Made by a program: the position numbers and the translations under genes. Source: a virus (taxonomy: Duplodnaviria; Heunggongvirae; Uroviricota; Caudoviricetes). Taken from it: 17,705 nt of DNA. The DNA is taken from IMG/VR virus record IMGVR_UViG_2534681773_000018, one strand, 5' to 3'. This document shows positions 10,108 through 16,751 of the stretch, piece by piece. Numbering within the stretch: the first letter of the stretch is position 1; each line of letters begins with the position of its first letter. The notes below the pieces were generated by a model, which searched no databases, was not told the origin of the DNA, and worked only from the letters and a program-made list of their open reading frames with translations.

Positions 10108-10394
10108 TTACGCTCATTCTTTCTGCACCAGTAACCGAAATGGCTGAAGCATTTAAGCGGGTATTTGCAAATGCAGATAATGTGAATATTGTCGGAAAGC
10201 CATTTGAAACAATCAGAGAATTTGACTGCATGGTAAGTGCGGCAAATAGTTTCGGCCTGATGGATGGCGGTGTTGATGCCGCCATTACCACATTCTTCGG
10301 TTCTCAGCTACAGGCCCGCGTTCAGAATCATATTCTTCGTGAATATCTCGGCGAGCAGCCTGTAGGTTCTGCATTTGTGATCCTACCCACGTAA
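10104..10394 (+). CDS. Macro-domain-like protein fragment (putative ADP-ribose binding/processing); 3' end truncated by IS3
   Basis: ATG 10104 overlaps the stf stop (ATGA), suggesting translational coupling. Product contains [21 protein letters not shown], resembling the macro-domain signature (VVNAAN...GGGV..AI). Visibly more AT-rich than stf. The frame runs into the IS3 terminal repeat (from 10378) and stops there, so the last few codons are IS-derived. Confidence 0.45.
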   Translation: MITLILSAPVTEMAEAFKRVFANADNVNIVGKPFETIREFDCMVSAANSFGLMDGGVDAAITTFFGSQLQARVQNHILREYLGEQPVGSAFVILPT

Positions 10395-10407
10395 TATGGA
10401 CACAGGC

Positions 10408-11274
10408 CTAAGCGAGGTTCTGGTTTTCAAATTGTTCCGGACTGAGGCCGCCACACCAACTGTGCCGCCGCCACCGATTGTAATCACATTCGATATAATT
10501 AAACACCGTTGCCCGCATTATTTCCCGGCTGATAAAGTGTTCTCCATGGATACATTCCACTTTCAGCGAATGAAAGAAGCTTTCCACGCAGGCATTATCG
10601 TAGCAGCAACCTTTTGCGCTCATACTTCCACGCAGATTATGCCGCTTCAGTTGCGCCTGATAATCTGCTGAACAGTACTGGCCTCCACGGTCCGTGTGAA
10701 CGATAACGTTCCGGGGCCTCTTACGCCGCCACAGCGCCATCTGCAGGGCATCGCAGGCCAGTTGCGCCGTCATGCGTGGCGACATTGACCAGCCAATAAC
10801 GGCACGTGACCACAGGTCAATGACCACTGCCAGATACAGCCAGCCTTCATCTGTACGTAAGTACGTGATGTCTCCTGCCCACTTCTGGTTCGGGCCACTG
10901 GCGTAAAAATCCTGCTCCAACAGATTTTCTGACACAGGCAGGCCGTGTGCGCGGTAGCTGACCGGGCTGAACTTCCGGGAGGCCTTTGCCCTCAGTCCCT
11001 GACGGCGCAGGCTTGCCGCCACGGTTTTTACGTTAAAGGGGTAACCCTGAGCACGCAGTTCATCCGTCAGGCGTGGGGCACCGTAACGCTGTTTTGACCG
11101 GGTAAAAGCCGCGAGGACAACGCTGTCGCAGTGTTGGCGGAACTGCTGACGCGTGCTTATCCTTGTCCGCCGCTGACACCACGTATACCAGCCGCTGCGG
11201 GCCACCCGGAGCACGCGGCACATTGCTTTGATGCTGAACTCAGCCTGATGTTTTTCAATAAAGACATACTTCAT
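10408..11274 (-). CDS. insF: IS3 transposase OrfB (DDE integrase-like catalytic domain), 288 aa
   Basis: 288-aa ORF beginning [36 protein letters not shown], recognisable as the IS3 OrfB/InsF sequence. ATG 11272-11274 overlaps the orfA stop in the -1 arrangement typical of the IS3 family. Confidence 0.9.
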   Translation of the reverse strand: MKYVFIEKHQAEFSIKAMCRVLRVARSGWYTWCQRRTRISTRQQFRQHCDSVVLAAFTRSKQRYGAPRLTDELRAQGYPFNVKTVAASLRRQGLRAKASRKFSPVSYRAHGLPVSENLLEQDFYASGPNQKWAGDITYLRTDEGWLYLAVVIDLWSRAVIGWSMSPRMTAQLACDALQMALWRRKRPRNVIVHTDRGGQYCSADYQAQLKRHNLRGSMSAKGCCYDNACVESFFHSLKVECIHGEHFISREIMRATVFNYIECDYNRWRRHSWCGGLSPEQFENQNLA

Positions 11275-11569
11275 TTCAGGCGCTTCGCGAAGTATGTCGC
11301 GGCCTTTTGGAGGATAGCCAGCTCTTCATCCCGTTCTGCCAGCTGGCGTTTGAGACGTGCAATCTCGGTAGACATCTCCAGTTCACGTTCAGAAGACGTC
11401 TGCTGATTTTGCTGTTTACTGCGCCAGTTGTAGAGCTGTGATTCATACAGGCTGAGTTCACGGGCTGCGGCAGTAACACCGATGCGTTCAGCAAGCTTCA
11501 GGGCTTCACTGCGAAATTCAGGCGAATGCTGTTTACGGGGTTTTTACTGGTTGATACTGTTTTTGTCAT
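11271..11569 (-). pseudogene. insE: IS3 orfA (InsE-like HTH protein); reading frame appears interrupted in this copy
   Basis: ATG at 11567-11569 opens the expected MTKTVSTSK start and the C-terminal segment ([37 protein letters not shown]) is readable in the frame ending at 11271-11273. No intact ORF joins them in the track: the span is 299 nt (not a multiple of 3) and my hand translation hits an early stop after about 20 codons. Base-level details here are uncertain. Confidence 0.5.
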
Positions 11570-11634
11570 GTGAGTCACCTCTGACTGAGAGTTTACTCAC
11601 TTAGCCGCGTGTCCACTATTGCTGGGTAAGATCA

Positions 11635-11857
11635 CCGGGCAGGTCTGTATTAACCCTGAACATCAGGCTGATGATGTACTGATACAACATCAGGCTAATA
11701 ACCGGTTTCGCCCTGGTTCGCATATACACCGGATTAATCCAGAAAATCCTGTAGGTAATGTCATCTCTGGCGCACATAGCCACGGAAGTAGCATCGTTAT
11801 TGGTGCTCACACCCATACGCTCAATAAACAATATTCTGTCTCTGATATTAAGTAGAG
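11635..11857 (+). pseudogene. 3' remnant of a second tail fibre gene (His-rich GAHxH C-terminal repeat region), truncated at the IS3 boundary
   Basis: The frame entering from the IS3 end encodes ...[30 protein letters not shown] and stops 8 nt before the tfa start. It resembles, but is not identical to, the GAHTHSV.../[16 protein letters not shown] repeats at the stf C-terminus. It sits where a fibre gene 3' end is expected, directly upstream of tfa. Confidence 0.45.
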
Positions 11858-11863
11858 GTGAAC

Positions 11864-12439
11864 ATGGATTTCAGAATGAGTGAACAACCACGGACCATAA
11901 CAATTTATAATCTGCTGGCCGGAACTAATGAATTTATTGGTGAAGGTGACGCATACATTCCGCCTCATACAGGTCTGCCAGCAAACAGTACCGATATTGC
12001 ACCGCCAGATATTCCGGCTGGTTTCGTGGCTGTTTTCAACAGTGATGAGTCATCGTGGCATCTCGTTGAAGATCATCGGGGTAAAACGGTTTATGACGTG
12101 GCTTCCGGCGACGCGTTATTTATTTCTGAACTCGGCTCATTACCGGAAAATGTCACCTGGTTATCCCCGGAAGGGGAGTTTCAGAAGTGGAACGGCACAG
12201 CCTGGGTGAAGGATACGGAAGCAGAAAAACTGTTCCGGATCCGGGAGGCGGAAGAAACAAAAAACAGCCTGATGCAGGTAGCCAGTGAGCATATAGCGCC
12301 GCTTCAGGATGCTGTGGATCTGGAGATCGCAACGGAGAAAGAAACCTTGTTGCTGGAAGCCTGGAAAAAGTATCGGGTGTTGCTGAACCGTGTTGATACA
12401 TCAACTGCACCGGATATTGAATGGCCAGCCCTACCGTAG
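11864..12439 (+). CDS. tfa: Tail fibre assembly protein (lambda Tfa-like), about 191 aa from ATG 11864
   Basis: Product [62 protein letters not shown] ... [45 protein letters not shown] closely matches lambda Tfa. GAGGTG ribosome-binding site about 5 nt upstream of ATG 11864 (the ORF track starts at GTG 11858). Confidence 0.9.
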   Translation: MDFRMSEQPRTITIYNLLAGTNEFIGEGDAYIPPHTGLPANSTDIAPPDIPAGFVAVFNSDESSWHLVEDHRGKTVYDVASGDALFISELGSLPENVTWLSPEGEFQKWNGTAWVKDTEAEKLFRIREAEETKNSLMQVASEHIAPLQDAVDLEIATEKETLLLEAWKKYRVLLNRVDTSTAPDIEWPALP

Positions 12440-12515
12440 GGTAAGATATATAAATTCTATAATTAGAAGTATCTTTCCATTTAAGGCTAGGAAGGGAGGC
12501 TTGGAAAACGTAAGG

Positions 12516-12540
12516 AATCTCACACCGAGATTATTTTTAT
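12516..12540 (+). terminator. Weak hairpin plus T-run between the convergent tfa and invertase genes (possible terminator)
   Basis: aatctc (12516-12521) / gagatt (12527-12532) with loop acacc, followed by atttttat. The stem is short and AT-rich and overlaps the invertase stop codon. Confidence 0.25.
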
Positions 12541-13127
12541 ATATCAGGTGTCTGATTTTTTGCTTTAGCTCTTAAAATGGTTTGCCGCGAGGTTTTGAAT
12601 TCTTGGGCAATGTCACTTATATTTATACCTGACTTAATTTGCTCTAGTACCCTCTGTATTTGTTCATCATTTAACACAGGTGGGCGACCAAATCGCTTTC
12701 CTGCGCCCCGTGCTCTTAATATCCCTGAATGAGTACGCTCAAGTAAAAGGTCTCGCTCAAATTCAGCGACTGCTGAAATTACTTGCATCATCATTTTTCC
12801 AGGTGGACTGGTCAGGTCAACGCCCCCCAATGCTAAGCAATGCACTTTGATACCTGCTTTGGTCAGTTGTTCCACCGTTTTACTGATATCCATTGGATTA
12901 CAACCGAGGCGATCCAGTTTTGTGACAATCAATGCATCACCTCTTTTCAGTCGATCAAGCAACTGGTTAAAACCAGGACGCTCACTGGTTGCTGCTGAGC
13001 CGCTAATTTGTTCTTCAATTATTTGCTGAGATTTGATGTTAAAACCTGCACTTTCGATTTCCCGACGTTGATTTTTGGTTGTCTTTTCCAGAGTTGATAC
13101 CCGACAGTAAGCATAAATTCGAGACAT
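12537..13127 (-). CDS. Serine recombinase, Gin/Hin/Pin/Cin-type DNA invertase (resolvase/invertase family), 196 aa
   Basis: N-terminal catalytic motif YAYCRVST (active-site Ser), conserved [19 protein letters not shown] and GRPP motifs, and a C-terminal HTH-like tail. It aligns along its length with Gin/Hin as I recall them. Located next to tail-fibre/tfa genes, as pin, gin and cin are. Confidence 0.85.
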   Translation of the reverse strand: MSRIYAYCRVSTLEKTTKNQRREIESAGFNIKSQQIIEEQISGSAATSERPGFNQLLDRLKRGDALIVTKLDRLGCNPMDISKTVEQLTKAGIKVHCLALGGVDLTSPPGKMMMQVISAVAEFERDLLLERTHSGILRARGAGKRFGRPPVLNDEQIQRVLEQIKSGINISDIAQEFKTSRQTILRAKAKNQTPDI

Positions 13128-13445
13128 AGTGAGATCTTCTATACGAAATTGGTGTACATATCATAATGCATCTCAGAAAATAATTTTGATTATTTTTGTA
13201 CATATTTGTATGTACACGTTCGAAAATAAACGAATGCGTATGCAACCCCGTAATTTTGGTGAGACCCAAAATCGATTTTGTGAAAAATGGCCTTAACTCG
13301 GTTTGTTTTTCGAGTTCCGGGCGGACTCAAGGAAGAAGAATAGTGTTGCGTGTTATTTTAACCAGATTTCAAGTTGTTTGGTCGTGGAAAAGTGGAGCAA
13401 AATGTTGTTAAAGTGGAAAAATGATAAAAAAGTAAGTTTATTATA

Positions 13446-13712
13446 TTACATTTTACCATTTAAATTTTTGTTGTCTTTAAGAACTGATATCGCTGTTTGT
13501 AATAATTCTTTGTTATCCAGCCATGACTTTTTCTTTATGTTTCCTTCAATGTAATCAAGCAATGTTCTGGTATTGATAGGTCTTCCCTGTTTTGCTACTT
13601 CCACTACAGCATCCCCTAGGATAATTCTTACTTCAGGAAGCTGCGCAGGGAACCACTTTAGGGTGTCTTTTGATTTCATGAAGATATTCCTTAAAATATT
13701 ATTGATTTTCAT
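13446..13712 (-). CDS. Hypothetical small protein (77-88 aa), AT-rich, no recognisable family
   Basis: ORF on the - strand. The second Met (ATG 13677-13679) is preceded by an AAGGAA ribosome-binding site and is the more plausible start. Very AT-rich. I recognise no motif, and coding status is uncertain. Confidence 0.35.
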   Translation of the reverse strand: MKINNILRNIFMKSKDTLKWFPAQLPEVRIILGDAVVEVAKQGRPINTRTLLDYIEGNIKKKSWLDNKELLQTAISVLKDNKNLNGKM

Positions 13713-14180
13713 TGCGATATTGTATGTCTGATTCAGGATATGTTGACTTATACATCGGTTTTGTCTGGGTTATTGGATATGCCAATCCCTAATTTTATTA
13801 GAGCATGACTAAAAATGCTGAATATGATAAGGAGCGAAGTGATTATCAGTATGCTGTTCATATAGCCTCGAATTAGTAATGTGTTATATATGATATAGTT
13901 GACAATTTTTATCCTGGGTGTTCTTAAAGTTCGTAGATAAACATTGTCGTTTCAGGTATACAGGAATGCTAACAGGTGGCGGCAAAAATCAGGCGGTTTA
14001 TGGCGCAAGCTGAAGTGTCAACTGCAAACTATCTTATGCAGAGACTCTACACGGATTGGGTTTAAAAGTATACATAGATAACAGTTTTTATCTGAAGAAG
14101 AAAAATATCAAGGTGATATAGCCTATATGCCTATGATGCGGAGGAATGAATGTGATGGGAGTGATGTATCTGAATAGTTG

Positions 14181-14220
14181 AAAAACCGCAGACACGCCTT
14201 ATGCAAGAACGTGCTGCGGT
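14181..14220 (-). terminator. Rho-independent terminator for the - strand methyltransferase gene
   Basis: Stem ccgcagacacg (14186-14196) / cgtgctgcgg (14210-14219) with one bulge. On the - strand the stem is followed directly by TTTTT (complement of aaaaa 14181-14185), a few nt downstream of the methyltransferase stop. Confidence 0.5.
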
Positions 14221-14226
14221 TGGATG

Positions 14227-14895
14227 CTATTTTTTCCCTGAAGCGGAAAACATTACTACAGTACCTTGAACCTTGGTTTTAACATTCTCGAAATACTCTG
14301 AGAGTATATGTGTTAAGCCTTCTTCGGAATCTTTTGTGTTTGAAAAGATGCCTTTCTGATTGTAAATGCGCATCAGTTTTTGACCGAAGCTATTGTGCAC
14401 AATTCCATCGCCAAGAATTGTGGCTCCGTATAGAGTTCCATCGTCAGTTAAGGCCTGCGCCGCATTGCGTATTACACAGCTTTTTGTAGATATATTTCCA
14501 GGCAGGCAGTGAAGAAGGTAAAACATGGAAATGGAATCAAATTGACCATGTAACGCCGCGGGATAAGGTTCAAAAACATCATGGTTAATTTTATGTTTAA
14601 TTTTTGATTCCCCAGCCCTTGTAGATGCCGCGTTCAGGCTAGCTTCGTTCAAATCCATTAAAGATATCAGACTACTCTCAGGTACGTGAGTAAGGTAAAA
14701 CCCAGTTCCAACACCAATATCCAGATGGTTGTTACCTAAATGTTCCAGAAAGTGTGGAAGAAGGTGTTCCTTTGTAGGACATCCCCATGCAAGCCGATTT
14801 GATACTCCCAAAACCCACCAGTCATAAAGCTTTAGGGTAAGTGGTGTGTAAATTTTAGCCCCATCATCTGTGTTTTTTTTCATTAATTTCACCAT
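14227..14895 (-). CDS. ybcY: Class I SAM-dependent methyltransferase (ybcY-like), 222 aa
   Basis: Contains the glycine-rich SAM-binding motif LDIGVGTGF. Its position between a tfa gene and a tfaX-like remnant upstream of appY-ompT matches the DLP12 gene order as I remember it. The symbol is assigned by synteny and is not verified. Confidence 0.6.
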   Translation of the reverse strand: MVKLMKKNTDDGAKIYTPLTLKLYDWWVLGVSNRLAWGCPTKEHLLPHFLEHLGNNHLDIGVGTGFYLTHVPESSLISLMDLNEASLNAASTRAGESKIKHKINHDVFEPYPAALHGQFDSISMFYLLHCLPGNISTKSCVIRNAAQALTDDGTLYGATILGDGIVHNSFGQKLMRIYNQKGIFSNTKDSEEGLTHILSEYFENVKTKVQGTVVMFSASGKK

Positions 14896-14951
14896 GTTAT
14901 AGTTTTATTTGTGAATTAAATCAATTATGGCAATGAATTACAAGGGGTTAA

Positions 14952-15212
14952 ATGCTGCCGCAGCATAGCGATATTGAAATAGCCTGGTATGCTTCAATAC
15001 AGCAGGAGCCGAATAGCTGGAAGACCGTCACCACACAGTTCTACATCCAGGAATTCAGTGAGTATATTGCGCCACTGCAGGATGCTGTAGATCTGGAAAT
15101 CGCAACGGAGGAAGAAAGATCGTTGCTGGAAGCCTGAAAAAAGTATCGGGTGCTGCTAAACCGTGTGGACACTTCCGTAGCACCAGATATCGAGTGGCTT
15201 ATTCAACCATAA
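14952..15212 (+). pseudogene. tfaX: Tail fibre assembly gene remnant (tfaX-like): tfa C-terminal homology interrupted by an in-frame stop
   Basis: A 61-aa ORF ends at TGA 15135-15137 in the context EAWKKY (TGG to TGA relative to the intact tfa at 12360). The same frame continues [24 protein letters not shown] to TAA 15210-15212. The 3' roughly 140 nt is a diverged direct repeat of the tfa 3' end (12291-12431). Confidence 0.65.
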
Positions 15213-15753
15213 TAAACAGTATGTATATCATAGGTTATTAATTGTGAGTTTTTTCGGTGTGTTATTTGTTTGATGTTATGCTTTTGCGCCCCAAAAGGTT
15301 GTTTAGATGTATTTTATCAATTGATTTTCAATATCGTTTAATAAAGAAAAATTAAGCAAGCTGGATGTTGGTTTTTTGTTAATTGAATGGTTCTAATAAT
15401 GTTTTTTTACTGTTGTTGAATGTGACTTGATAAGAAATGCAAGTAAAAATGATACTCTTTTTATTTTAAATTCAAACGGTTGACATATATATAGCAAGAG
15501 GTTTCAGGTGCGTTGTAGTGAGTTTATGTTAATAAAAAGTATAGTAAGCGTTGAAAAATGTAACTTTGAAATACGTTAGAATAAAAAACAATATACATAT
15601 AATAATTTAATCTTAAATGAAATTTATTAAAATTTGCAAACTATAATTTTGTGTATAAAAATATAAATGCACATCATCCTGATTATGATTGTGTATTTAA
15701 TTGGTTGTTATTTGACTGCTATCAACTTGTTTTAATTTTATGATAGGTGCAAG

Positions 15754-16502
15754 ATGGATTATGTTTGCTCCGTAGTTTTCATCTGTCAATCATTTGATTT
15801 AATTATAAACAGGAGAGTTATCTCGTTCAAAAAAAATTCATTGTTTATTGTAAGCGACAAAATTAGAAGGGAGTTACCAGTATGCCCCTCTAAACTAAGA
15901 ATTGTTGATATAGATAAGAAAACATGTTTATCCTTTTTTATCGACGTGAATAATGAGCTGCCTGGCAAATTTACTCTTGATAAGAATGGCTATATTGCTG
16001 AAGAGGAACCTCCATTATCGCTTGTTTTTTCTCTGTTTGAAGGGATTAAAATAGCAGACTCACACTCCCTTTGGTTAAAAGAAAGACTATGTATATCCTT
16101 ACTTGCCATGTTCAAAAAACGCGAAAGTGTAAATTCTTTTATACTAACAAATATAAATACATTTACCTGTAAAATTACTGGAATAATCAGTTTTAATATT
16201 GAGCGGCAATGGCATTTAAAAGATATTGCGGAATTGATTTATACGAGTGAAAGTTTAATAAAAAAAGATTAAGGGATGAAGGAACGTCATTTGCTGAAAT
16301 ATTGAGAGATACTAGGATGAGGTATGCAAAAAAACTCATAACTTCAAACTCTTATTCTATCAATGTCGTAGCCCAGAAATGTGGCTATAACAGTACTTCA
16401 TATTTCATATGTGCATTTAAAGATTATTATGGTGTCACGCCATCTCATTATTTTGAGAAAATAATCGGCGTCACAGATGGAATAAACAAAACAATTGACT
16501 GA
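15754..16502 (+). pseudogene. appY: AraC-family transcriptional regulator AppY, interrupted by a frameshift in a poly-A tract (split into 172-aa and 66-aa ORFs)
   Basis: N-terminus [21 protein letters not shown] and its position directly upstream of ompT identify appY. The first frame stops at 16270-16272 right after an A7 run (16260-16266). The second AraC HTH ([24 protein letters not shown]...[23 protein letters not shown]) continues in the +1 frame. The span is 749 nt, one short of a 249-aa gene plus stop. Confidence 0.75.
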
Positions 16503-16751
16503 TAATGTTTATTACAAGTTGTCTACATGTTAATTATAATATTATACAGCGTTTTTTCTGATGTGATATTCTGGAACCATTAATTTGTAATTGGGTTGCT
16601 GTCGCCTATTTTATACATACTATAATTGATGGTTTTCTATGTGATTTAGTTAATAACCTTCTGGGTTTATTTTAAGGGTTAATTGTTACATTGAAATGGC
16701 TAGTTATTCCCCGGGGCGATTTTCACCTCGGGGAAATTTTAGTTGGCGTTC

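Larger units (their letters stand above)
10378..11634 (-). mobile_element. IS3-family insertion sequence (IS3-like, about 1.26 kb)
   Basis: Terminal inverted repeats tgatcctacccacgtaatatggacac (10378 onward) and gtgtccactattgctgggtaagatca (ending 11634). Encloses the orfA/orfB transposase pair on the - strand. Flanking triplets differ (ttg at 10375-10377, ccg at 11635-11637), so no target-site duplication is visible. Confidence 0.88.

Noticed and set aside
10396-11494. Alternative-frame ORFs overlapping IS3 (10396..10671 +, 11131..11406 +, 11276..11494 -)
   Set aside because: They are overlapped by the recognisable IS3 orfA/orfB transposase frames. The 11276..11494 ORF is an alternative frame across orfA, and none has independent support.
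13196-13554. Small + strand ORFs 13196..13411 and 13303..13554 upstream of the invertase
   Set aside because: Their products are low-complexity and AT-codon-rich, they have no ribosome-binding site, and they overlap the palindrome-rich putative regulatory region. They are more likely non-coding.
13901-13930. Consensus -35-like hexamers TTGACA at about 13901 and about 15480
   Set aside because: Neither has a convincing -10 hexamer at 16-18 bp spacing. In such AT-rich DNA chance matches are frequent, so they are not reported as promoters.
16709-16733. GC-rich hairpin (ccccgggg ... cctcgggg) between appY and ompT as a terminator
   Set aside because: It lacks an adjacent U-tract on either strand, and on the ompT strand the stem contains an A-C mismatch. 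It may be a structured element, but I cannot support calling it a terminator.
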